A stretch of 59,500 bases of DNA, the filler included, from Sphacelaria rigidula (taxonomy: Eukaryota): assembly GCA_964200075.2 (NCBI GenBank). It is 5 parts of 5 records of this genome, joined end to end, with 100 filler letters (N's around TTAATTAATTAA, not from the genome) between each part and the next. Parts side by side here need not be neighbours in the genome. Positions count along the whole stretch, not along the records: positions 1 to 11,821 come from CAXNAA020004460.1; positions 11,922 to 23,742 come from CAXNAA020004461.1; 3 more parts are not named here. One strand, given 5' to 3'. The translations under genes and the position numbers were made by a program. This document shows positions 1 to 19,015 of this stretch, piece by piece. Within the stretch, counting starts at the first letter, position 1, and each line of letters opens with the position of its first letter. The notes under the pieces were generated by a model. It worked only from the letters and a program-made list of their open reading frames with translations, ran no database searches and was not told where the DNA came from.

Positions 1-2119
1 AGGTGGCCATTCGGACTTCAGGGAGTGGAACTCGATTTTCCAAACTCGACGCGCGGCAGGTAGACATGAACACATACGAAGGTTTTTCTTCTGCGGGCTC
101 ACACCCTCAATAGAAAATCCCTCTCCATTTTGTAAGCAATACCGCGCTGATTTTGGAACGGCTTTTTGTCATGGTGAAAACGGCAACAACAATGGAATGG
201 GTGCAAGGGCCGGACGAATGGATGATTCGTCTGGAAATGAAATGATTCTGGTGTAATTGATTCGTACCGTACGGATCAATTCCTTACGCTTTGTTTCCAG
301 CGTTGCAACCGAGGCAGGCGCAACCCAGGCACGCGGATTGGCGCAAAAATCGAAACATGACTTCAAGTGACCCATGTACGAAATAATAATACTAACCGGA
401 TAAACAGTAATCCATCACCCAGCAAACCTGGTTTGTGAACTCGGACGGTTACGGGGTAGGATCGTTCACTCTTAGTCACGAGAGGAAAAAAAATGCCAAG
501 TGACAGCACGCGCCTGGTACGGATGGGATCAGTCGTGGACAAGAGGTAGTTCCCACGCTACCGCAGCAACCGAAACAGTTCGACAATTTTTTCTCGCCTG
601 GATAGTCTCAAACCCATGCATTTTTCTTCACGGAGTTGACGGCAGAGAGAGAGAGGAAAAAACATCACCACTACCACGGTAATGATAGGAGGAGGATGCA
701 TCACGCGCCATGGGTGCGTTTGATGAATTCGATTGTGTGCACGTACTCCTCACTCATGATGGTTGCCGATCCTCAACACAAAGCTCAGGTCGGTCTTGGT
801 GTGCTCCGAGACACCAGGGCTCAACTTTTTTCCAGGCTTTCCGACAGTGACAACAAAACAAGTCTTGATATATCGATTACCTCTTCTCTCTCCCCTTTGC
901 TGGCGTACGACAACGTTGAATGTTGAAGTGAGCCAGTATCGAAATTACAGGAACACTTGACCCTCTTGTTGTTACAACATGAACAAAAATGCGCCACGGC
1001 CATACATACGAACGCACGGCAAAAAAAAAACTGAGACACTACAACTAAAAAATACTACACCCCATGGTACACGCGATGACCCACCTCCACTTTCTGTACG
1101 TCAAGGACCAAGTTACAGCAAGCAGTCACAACCAAGCACGCTCAAAGACACAACGAGGTGACCACGACAACCAAATCATCAGTCCATTCCTCAGTGCTGC
1201 CAGACCAGTCAACACAGAACAATATCCCAACACCGTCAAGGCTCAACGCCACTGCACGGCGAGAGATGGCCTCGGATCTGCTTCCGAGGTTTACGACAAA
1301 TACGTGACCCTCGGGAGAGCATGCTTATCGACGATTTCTTCGGAGGCTTGCGAATTTTTCAGACCCGTCGGACTCTGCATTCGCGTTTTTCCAATAACGA
1401 GGCGGCATGAATTGTTCTATAAACCATCACTTTTGGGCGAGTCTGCAATTCTTTCAACTGCAACCCAGCAGTTTGGAGCGCTGCCACGTGGGTTTGCCTT
1501 GGCGTGCACAAGCTTTCGAGAGTCATCCATGTCCTGAAATTCGAGAGATTCTCGGAATACGTCCCGAATTTCCAGAAATACTTCGAAAAAACAATGTCGA
1601 AAACGATGGGCCCTAATCCATAAGAGTAATGTACACTGTTAAGTCCGACCTCCGGTTTATCTTGTTCTCTGGCCTGTTGAAAGCAAGACCTTTGCTTCAC
1701 TTACTCGAACTCACTTCCGTCATGCCAACCGCAAAACTGCGATTGCGCGTCAACACCTAGTACATCGCCAACCAGCAATGGTTTGCGTTATTTTCAACTC
1801 ACTGTTGTGTGGACAGGCTCGTTTTAGACACCATCACCAGATACCCCTCCAAAGACCACTACATACACACAGGATCAAAACTCCGCTCTCAAAATTTTGA
1901 TGATTGTTCAAACTAACTAACTCAAAGTCAAAACTAACACATGGTCACAGGACCTACACTCATGCGTGTCTCGAGTTCTTGGCCCGCCCGGAGGAGTCCC
2001 GTACGTACCTCTCAAGAAGTAAATTTAGTACGCCAAGCCTCGGCAAGAACCGCGAAGGAAAGAAAAAATCAACGGCATGGACAGATATTTTGTTTGTCTG
2101 TTTTCTGACCATCTCCTCT

Positions 2120-10717
<8,598 letters not shown>

Positions 10718-11464
10718 GATATATCGTCCTGCGATCGTGCGGACAGAGGATATTACTTTCAGCTACATCATAACAGCTCTTAGCTGACAATCTTACAATT
10801 TTAACGTCGATGCTGCCTGTACTATTCTCGAGCGTGTACGCAAGTCGGTCGCCCACCGTACCACGTAATTTCGTTCCCGACTCCCACGAAAAGAAACGCT
10901 CAATTTTTCGACGACAAAAAATTAACAGAATCATGCCAAAGGGATGGCAGTGTCGGTTCCCAATTACTGCAGTGCATGTGCCCTGTGCTCTACTCGTGAT
11001 CTAGGCTGCAAGCTTGCGTTGGAACGGGTCGTGTGAGGCTTGCATGGTTTGGTGAAAGGGTGGTATGCGGCGTGGTGGTCGGAAATACAATGGTCAAATG
11101 CCCCTTCGTTCTTATTCACCGCGTGTTTTCGATCGAAGAGGCTGAGGTAAGGCTGACTCTTATCGAGACAAAGAGAGAAGAAACAAGCATCGAAAAGCAG
11201 CACGATGATTGTCGCCGCAACCATAGAGCCGCCCAGTGATCAATCAACATGCCGCTTTTGTAAGCCTATTCCTTCTTCACTTCTTCGGTTGGTTCCGGTA
11301 AGACCCGGACTACGCTCTTCTGTTCTTCTCCTGCCGGTCGCGTCCGAATGATCAGACAGGACTTGAACGCATTTGGGAACACAAATTCCATGAACGTTTC
11401 AGGTACAAGCGAATTCGCCACCACCGCACGTGTTAGACATGAAAAAAAATAGACCATGGCCTGA

Positions 11465-11660
11465 GGCCCGTCCTAGTACATCATTTTCCGATCGAAAAGG
11501 TGCAGCGAAAAAAAGAATCCCCATCTGATGGGTCGTGAATTCAGCCATCTTCAAAATTTGAGTCCCATACGTAGTTAAAATCACGACCTACGAGTATCAG
11601 ATTGGAGATTTCCATTTCCACCGCACATTTTCGATCGAAAAATCATGTACCAAGGCCGGA
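11465..11660. mobile_element. Fold-back MITE-like element upstream of GMD
   Basis: GTACATCATTTTCCGATCGAAAAGGTGC versus GCACATTTTCGATCGAAAAATCATGTAC in inverted orientation. Confidence 0.55.
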
Positions 11661-11821
11661 TGTTATGGCAAGCAGATTTTTGGCCCACGGATTGTTCACT
11701 TTCATGACGTTTGACCCACCTTTTGACCCCCAAGCCGAGGAAACCGCCAACAATGTTTTCGTGAGATTGAGAATCTTCGATACGATTGAGAATAGGGTTG
11801 AGGCAAGCTGTCAGCGGTCGG

Positions 11822-11921
11822 NNNNNNNNNNNNNNNNNNNNNNNNNNNNNNNNNNNNNNNNNNNNTTAATTAATTAANNNNNNNNNNNNNNNNNNNNNNN
11901 NNNNNNNNNNNNNNNNNNNNN
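11822..11921. other. Artificial spacer (N44-TTAATTAATTAA-N44)
   Basis: 100 bp with stops in all six frames; the identical spacer recurs every ~11,920 bp. Confidence 0.97.
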
Positions 11922-12074
11922 AAAGATTGTAGCAACTCAGGCTGTCCGCCCCAAAGACCCATCCGCGCGCACGCGTCCTCACGCCCGGAAGGTGGCTGAG
12001 ACGCATTTCATTCTTGAGATCGCACCCCTGTGCGAAAACAACGGCCCCTGTGCGAAAAACCAATTAAATCATTT

Positions 12075-12239
12075 CACACCCTGGACAATATATGGTCAAT
12101 AGATGCAATAGACGATAAGTGTGTAAAGTATAGGCCTAATGCAACTATTGCCGGCCGACAATAGTCCCAATAGGCCTGCACTTTATGCAGTATGTTTCTT
12201 GTCTATTGCATCTATTGACCATATATTATCCAACGTGTG
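12075..12239. mobile_element. 165-bp MITE with CACAC termini and perfect 8-bp TSD (AATCATTT)
   Basis: ~39-bp TIR CACACCCTGGACAATATATGGTCAATAGATGCAATAGAC; AATCATTT on both flanks. Confidence 0.85.
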
Positions 12240-14631
12240 AATCATTTCAAACCTTGTTTTTGATCACACAGGGGTGCGTTCTCACGACCCCTGTGCGAAA
12301 CTCACACACTGTGCGATCACAGAGCAACTTACGTTAATCAGTCGAAAGTGTTGATTGTTCATGCGGCAGGAACAAGCATGTTCGTTTCTCTCGCTTGCTT
12401 TGTAAAAGAAACGGAGCGCACGCGTCAACAGTATACGCGACCAACGCAATGCCGCCCGCCCGACCATCAATACTGCAATGCGTCGAGGTGATTGGTACAC
12501 GTCCTTCGATCTTGCACTTGCCGAACAGGCAGCATGCGCTGCTCTTTGTGACCACCGTACCGCGTGGTAATGCATGGTGGGTGTGCTCGACAGTTCAGTC
12601 ACTTTGTGCAACGCGGGTGAACACTAGGCGCAACTTGGGTGCGGATTTCATGTGCAAGCGTCTGACACTTCTGAAGATTGACCTGTGACGTTTTCCAGCC
12701 TACTCACACCGCACATGCTATCACATCGGACATGCTATCACGTCGCACATTACTTGGGTTGGGGGACTTTGGTTTGGATGCATGCACCCTCTGCAAAGCG
12801 ACAGTTGACGTTACTTCCATGTCATGCCGGCGAGCGCTTTGTGGTATGTGAATATACTCTCCCTCGTAGGTGACTGTAAAAAGGACGATCTCTGTGCAGG
12901 CAAATCCGATGATTCATGAATACCATCGAGAGTAACAATTTCTCTTCTGAAAATAGCCGAAATGATCCTGTCCCGTTGTTAGATAGGCTTGCTCTGTAGT
13001 ACTTCTCACAGTGGGAATCCCACCATAGTACAGTCAAAATAACTTGTCCTATTTGTCATATTTCCAATCCGCTAGACAACTGAAAGTAGCTCTACTTCAC
13101 CAATACAGTCAAGGGGCCAACCATAGTGCGGTGGTCCGGGCCTTCGATCCACCGTACTCTGCTAAGACCCCCAACAGGACGCATGGTATGTGCCCAGGAT
13201 AGCTTTTTGTATACGCTGGGATAGCTGAAACATGTACATCATACATCATTGTGTATATGTGTCGATAGTCCCGCAGCAGACGAAGATCCACACCGTTGCC
13301 TGTCGTGAGTTTATCTCTCATTAGCGAGTGGACCCTCTCCTTTCTTATACTGTGTTTTGTTTAAGTATCCCCCACGGTCTTACAGGTATGCAAGAACAGC
13401 TGTACAGGGTCGCCCTCACATATGGTGTAGCTCATCCACGCTGGACAATCGTACACAGGGTCGCTAAACCCTATCCGGGTGGTGTACAGGGCGCTATCTG
13501 CACACTTGTAAGCCGTGTGAGCACAGGACTTGCTGCCTTGCGCCACACTGTACTGTTGCCTTTAAATTCACGGCCAGCGCAGTATCCATGCGTCGACACC
13601 ATACAGTACCCCATCAGGCACGATGAATGTGGCGTCGTATGTGTAGGCTCACCACTGTGGCTTTTAAACACCAGCGGCAGCCACGGCAGAACACAGCACA
13701 ACGGCTCAGTGGTACCATTACAATGATGTCAATCCGGTGCCTTTGCGTATTTAACCTCTTGTGAAGCCTGTCTTACATGCCGTCGGAAGTCATGTTGATT
13801 CAGTACAAGCAACAGAAACAAATCAAGTTTCTTCTTTCTCATGACGGCGCGTAGCTCACAAGCCTTTTGGAAACATCTCACCGCCGATGCACGGACCGTG
13901 TTGCGATAGTGCATCTGGGAGTTGCCGTTTTCATCTGAGGTGCTGTGCAAGCTAGAATACATCGGCGACGATGTTTTCGGACACTGCTGCAAGTCTGTGC
14001 AACGAGGAATACCCAGCAGGAAAATAACGATACGAACATGGCCTAGAACATGGCCTGGGCCATATGTACGGAGTTGCCTTCGCACGCCGGCGTGCATCTG
14101 CTGAACCTTGTCCAGCCGGTATCGATGTATGAACCGTGTCCCTATAGTGCGTCTCGGCGTTCTCGTGCTATATGGTGGCATGTAGACGGAGTGTGCGTCG
14201 AAACGATGATAGCAGATGTTGTAGCTGTAACACTTTCGATTCGAATCCACTGTTCAAGTTTGGGCAGGCTTTTGTGGTGGTGTGGTGCTTTGGCATGTTT
14301 TCCGCTGCACAATGATCCTGCTATTGTACTGCGGTAGCGCTTCATTCGCCTTCGATCCCTAATCCAATAGTGTACAGGATGTCCCGTTCGGTAGAACTCT
14401 CTTGCATGCGGTGCTGCGGTTGTTACGGTCAGCTTACATGTAGCGTCGTTTGACTTTCATACCGGCAACCTCTTGTTCTCCAGTGCTGATCCTTCTGGAA
14501 AGCGTGCCAACTCGCTTTCACACATCGCTCACGGCAGACTTCCCGCCGTTTCGGCTTTTTGTGCTACCGTTAGCAGTTAGTTTTCGAAGAAGCCCCACGC
14601 GAAGGACCTGACGGCCGACGTCGCAGAAGAA

Positions 14632-16645
14632 AGGTGCATCACCAAGGGCTGCTCCGAGCCGCCATATCACGGTTCACAGGGCTACACGGGGGAGACCTGC
14701 TCCCAACATGCGACGGCAAGAGGGGTGACTGTTAAGAACAAGTGCGTTAACGAGAGCTGTTCCTACAGGCCGTCTCAAGGAGTAGCTGGAGGCAAGAAGG
14801 CGGAGTTCTGCTCTTAGCACACCAGGGCGGGCATGGTGAATGTGGTAAAGAAGAGGTGCGGCGACGAGGGCTGCTCAAAGCGTCCGTCGTATGGTGTAGT
14901 AGGAAGCAAGAAGGCGGAGTTCTGCTTTCAGCACGCCAGGGCGGGGATGGTGGACGTGAAAAGCAAGAAGTGTGGCTACGAGGGCTGCTCCACGAGGCCG
15001 TATTTTGGTGTGGTTGGGAGCAAGAGGGCGGAGTTCTGCTTTAAACACGCCAGGGCGGGGATGATGGATGTTTTGAACAAGAAGTGTGGCTTCGAGGGCT
15101 GCTCAAATCATCCGTCGTATGGTGTAGTAGGGAGCAAGAAGCCGGAGTTCTGCTCCAAGCACGCCAGGGCAGGGATGGTGAACGTGAAAAGCAAGAAGTG
15201 TGGCTACGAGGGCTGCTCAAAGCAGGCGTATTATGGTGTAGTAGGAAGCAAGAAGGCGGAATTCTGCTACAAGCACGCCAGGCTGGGGATGGCGAATGTT
15301 GTAAACAAGAAGTGCGGCTACGAGGGCTGCTCCACGAAGCCGTCTTATGGTGTAGTAGGAAGCAAGAAGCCCGAGTTCTGCTCCAAGCACGCTAGGGCAG
15401 GGATGGTGGACGTGATAAACAAGAAGTGTAGCTACGAGGGCTGCTTCACGAAGCCGTATCATGGTGTAGTAGGAAGCAAGAAGGCGGAGTTCTGCTCCAA
15501 GCACGCTAGGGCGGGGATGGTGGACGTGATAAGCAAGAAGTGTAGCTACGAGGGCTGCTCCACGAAGCCGTCTTATGGTGTAGTAGGAAGCAAGAAGCCC
15601 GAGTTCTGCTCCAAGCACGCTAGGGCGGGGATGGTGAACGTGATAAGCAAAACGTGTAACTACAAGGGCTGCTCCACGAAGCCGTGTTATGGTGTAGTAG
15701 GAAGCAAGCAGGCGGAGTTCTGCTCCAAGCACGCTAGGGCGGGGATGGTGGACGTGATACACGAGAAGTGTAATTACAAGGGCTGCTTCACGAAGCCGTG
15801 TTATGGTGTAGTAGGAAGCAAGAAGGCGGAGTTCTGCTCCAAGCACGCTAGGGCGGGGATGGTGGACGTGATAAACAAGAAGTGTAGCTACGAGGGCTGC
15901 TCCACGAAGCCGTCTTATGGTGTAGTAGGAAGCAAGAAGCCCGAGTTCTGCTCCAAGCACGCTAGGGCGGGGATGGTGAACGTGAAGAGCAAGAAGTGTA
16001 GCTACGAAGGCTGCTCCACGAAGCCGTCTTATGGTGTAGCAGGAAGCAAGAAGGCAGAGTTCTGCTCCAAGCACGCTAGGGCGGGGATGGTGGACGTGAT
16101 AAACAAGAAGTGTAACTACGAGGGCTGCTCAAAGCGGGCGTGTCATGGTGTGGTAGGAAGCAAGAAGGCGGAGTTCTGCTCCAAGCATGTCAAGGCGGGG
16201 ATGGTGAACGTGCGAGTTAGTATGTGCGGCTGCGAGGGCTGCTCGACTCAGGCGTCTTGCGGTGTAGTGGGAAGCAAGAAGGCGGAGTTCTGCTTTGAGG
16301 ATGCCATGGCGGGCATGGTTAATGTTGTGAACAAAAGTTGCGGCTACGTGGGCTGCTCCACTAAGACGCCTTATGGTTTAGTGGGGAACGAGGCGGAGTT
16401 CTGCTCCAAGCATGCCAGGACGAAAGTGGTGGATGTGGTAAACAAGAACTACAGCAATGAGGGATGCTCCAACAGGCGGTCGTACGGTGTCGCGGGCAGC
16501 GCAAAGGCAGAGTCCTGCTCTGAGCATGCCAGGGCGGGAATGGTGAATATGGGGAGCAAAAGGTGCAGTGAAGTGGGGTTCTCCAAATGGCTTATCCGCA
16601 AGAAGCACAACGTTGATGAGGCGACGTTTTGCCGAGAACACGCCA
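14632..16645 (+). repeat. 114-bp coding tandem array (~18 units)
   Basis: GAGTTCTGCTCCAAGCACGCTAGGGCGGGGATGGTG recurs every 114 bp. Confidence 0.95.
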
Positions 16646-17217
16646 CTGCACGCAACACAGCTGCGGTGTCTGATACGGCGAAGCTCAACACTGCGGAGAG
16701 CGCCCCCGGCCGTGGCCCGACGGAGACCAGTGGAGGAAACGTTGTTCATCTACGAGGAACGAAACGAAATCACGCGGCATTCTCGGGTCCTGTTGCAAAC
16801 GACTTTGTTGGTGCTCGCCGCAATGCCGATGTCGGTCCCACGCAGGGTGTAAGAACACCATTGCTCTGGGGATGCCCAGTTTCAAGGACTGGTGGAGAGG
16901 TGACTTTTGGGACAAAAGCAGGAGTAGGGATGAAGGTGGAGGTGGCAGTCCCTTCTCCTACTCACGGTGGCGATGGGATGAGGGGGTATCGTAAGTTTTC
17001 TGCCTCTTCGAGCAGTTGGAGAAGCGAGCGTGGTGGTAGTGGCTTTGTCAGCGGTGATGGTGAAAGTAATGGTCAGATCTGTAGTTCCTCGGCAGTGGTA
17101 CTTGGACGCCTGGGCGAACTTGATGATGTGATTTCTGAAGAGGCAAAACAGGATTCGAACGTGAAGGTGGAGCTAGGAGTGTCCGGTTCGAATCTTCCGG
17201 CGTTCGAAGCATGGTAG
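14833..17217 (+). CDS. EsV-1-7 domain (C-x4-C-x16-C-x2-H) tandem-repeat protein, 794-aa ORF with 16 repeats; two further degenerate repeats lie upstream in frame (14581-14832) behind a TAG at 14815
   Basis: 38-aa unit KKCxYEGCxxxPxYGVVGSKKAEFCSKHARAGMVDVxx, matching the cysteine-rich EsV-1-7 repeat known from Ectocarpus IMM-family and phaeovirus proteins. Confidence 0.88.
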   Translation: MVNVVKKRCGDEGCSKRPSYGVVGSKKAEFCFQHARAGMVDVKSKKCGYEGCSTRPYFGVVGSKRAEFCFKHARAGMMDVLNKKCGFEGCSNHPSYGVVGSKKPEFCSKHARAGMVNVKSKKCGYEGCSKQAYYGVVGSKKAEFCYKHARLGMANVVNKKCGYEGCSTKPSYGVVGSKKPEFCSKHARAGMVDVINKKCSYEGCFTKPYHGVVGSKKAEFCSKHARAGMVDVISKKCSYEGCSTKPSYGVVGSKKPEFCSKHARAGMVNVISKTCNYKGCSTKPCYGVVGSKQAEFCSKHARAGMVDVIHEKCNYKGCFTKPCYGVVGSKKAEFCSKHARAGMVDVINKKCSYEGCSTKPSYGVVGSKKPEFCSKHARAGMVNVKSKKCSYEGCSTKPSYGVAGSKKAEFCSKHARAGMVDVINKKCNYEGCSKRACHGVVGSKKAEFCSKHVKAGMVNVRVSMCGCEGCSTQASCGVVGSKKAEFCFEDAMAGMVNVVNKSCGYVGCSTKTPYGLVGNEAEFCSKHARTKVVDVVNKNYSNEGCSNRRSYGVAGSAKAESCSEHARAGMVNMGSKRCSEVGFSKWLIRKKHNVDEATFCREHATARNTAAVSDTAKLNTAESAPGRGPTETSGGNVVHLRGTKRNHAAFSGPVANDFVGARRNADVGPTQGVRTPLLWGCPVSRTGGEVTFGTKAGVGMKVEVAVPSPTHGGDGMRGYRKFSASSSSWRSERGGSGFVSGDGESNGQICSSSAVVLGRLGELDDVISEEAKQDSNVKVELGVSGSNLPAFEAW

Positions 17218-17851
17218 GTGGCACCATTTCTTTTACCGGCGCCTTTGCTCAGATTAACCTAGAAGGGTGATGGTGTGTGCTCGCGTATGTTGTCAGCAGT
17301 CTCAAACGACGGTTGGTCGACAAGATTTGTCTTCTTCCAGGGGTGCAAAGCAGGTCGTGAGGCTGCAGGTTCTGATATTCCAGCGCCACGTTCCACCAGA
17401 TTCTCGTCGAGGCGCAGTTTTCATACTTGCATCGACCGTGTGCTTGGGTGACAATTTGCCAAAAGCTGACCGCAAGTAGATGGATCGTAGTAGTCGGCCA
17501 CCCGATGAACCATGACACCACTGTTTGACTTGTGATTCGTACTTTACCCCAACGTTTTTTTACTTGTGCAGCACGTACTGCCACGCTTGTCCATCCTACG
17601 ATAGAATCTGTACCACGAACAAAAACGCGTACGGCGATTTTGTTCTGTCAGACCACGACTCCAGAGAGTTCCAGTTGCCCCAGTATGGGTATGGCGTATT
17701 CACACCTCAGGCGCGCTGTGGTTTTAGCCGCGTACGTCATGTCTGTAGCACGGGATCATACATATCGGGGATGTATTTTTTCTATCGACACTTTCTACGA
17801 TAGCCCCCCCACCCAAACCAGCACAAAAGTGTCCCGAACAAATTGGCCATA

Positions 17852-18751
17852 CAGGCTGAGCCACCCAAGAAGCGGACTTACCTTCAGCCGGTTCCAACTG
17901 ATGATCTATCGCGAGTTGTGCCCACTATGACACATCGTGGTAATCTACAAATCAATGTGTGCCTTTCACTTCACGTAGCACTGCGATCTGACAAAGTTCC
18001 CATCGAACGAAATACCAAACTGCAGTCGGCTGCGAAGTGTAGAGAGTTGAGGGTGGCATGTGCGGCGGAACTAGGAGGAAAAAACGGCTGAACTCGCATT
18101 TACGGTTACAGTCAGTTGTGCCGCGACCGCAAAGTGATGGTACTACACTAGTTGTGGTTGTACAACAAGGCATGTCGTACTGTAGGCGCGCAGTGTCTGA
18201 GATGGCACGCAGACGAAACCTTCAGCGCGCCAAGGCTTCGCGCTTGTAGAAAACGTCAAAGTTCCGACTGAGGTTATTGTACCCTCGAAGCAAGTGAACC
18301 GGTTCTCGGTAGAAAAGGGTGATTTCACTCCTCAATGTGAAGTTGCTTTTCATGAAATATTGACACGGTATAAATGGGGTATACGTGAAGTCCATACCGT
18401 TTATCCCCTCCTTCTCCCTTTTTGTCCTCGTATGTTATTGGTGATCTAAATTTCGAAACATTTTTTTCTGGTGCAAAAGCGTCGACAACTCATTTAAAAA
18501 ACAAAAATGTCAAGGGGGGACGATAAGGAATTCAAAACATACCTCATGCGCATCGTGTCGGAATTTCGTGAAAAAATACCTAAAATTCAACAGCATAACC
18601 GCGTTTCATTTTTTCGTGGCTGGTCCACCTCCACATAGGAAGCAGTCTCGGACACGATTACGCAATTCAACAGCTGAGTTTCAGGTCGTTTTCAATGAAA
18701 TTGTGACACGATGTACATGATGTATGTGCGAAGTAGCCACCTTCTCCCCTC

Positions 18752-18794
<43 letters not shown>

Positions 18795-19015
18795 CCTGGG
18801 AGTCATCGGCGACCAAACATTTCAGAACAGTTGTTTTTGGAACAAAATCGCGAATAACTTCAAAGAATATATATATATATATATATGGGGGAAAAGGTGG
18901 CGTCTTGGCACATACATCCTGTATATCGTGTCAAAAATTCATAGAAAACAACCTGAAAGTCAGCTGGTAAATCGCGTGTTCACATCCCTGTCCGCGTCTT
19001 AGGCAGCCCAGCTTG
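17852..19015. mobile_element. Tc1/mariner-type non-autonomous element (TA TSD)
   Basis: TA|CAGGCTGAGCCACCCAAGAAGCGGAC ... GTCCGCGTCTTAGGCAGCCCAGCTTG|TA; the empty site is seen in the 47197 copy. Confidence 0.8.
18716..18921. mobile_element. Small TA-TSD MITE containing (TA)n tracts
   Basis: TA|CATGATGTATGTGCGAAGTAGCCACCTTCTCCCC ... GGGGAAAAGGTGGCGTCTTGGCACATACATCCTG|TA. Confidence 0.7.

Noticed and set aside
1-2119. Short ORFs downstream of GMD
   Set aside because: No recognisable domains; probably long 3' UTR or intergenic sequence
11866-11877. TTAATTAATTAA as a biological motif
   Set aside because: Synthetic all-frame-stop linker embedded in Ns at fixed intervals
12850-14350. Several 60-170 aa ORFs upstream of the EsV-1-7 gene
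   Set aside because: No recognisable motif or consistent exon chain; may be decayed coding DNA but cannot be supported
15217-16074. 285-aa antisense ORF and other alternate-frame ORFs over the array
   Set aside because: Shadow ORFs produced by the stop-poor tandem repeat
14833-16645. CRISPR-like regularly spaced repeats
   Set aside because: The units are contiguous 114-bp coding repeats in one ORF with no unique spacers, no cas genes and a eukaryotic context
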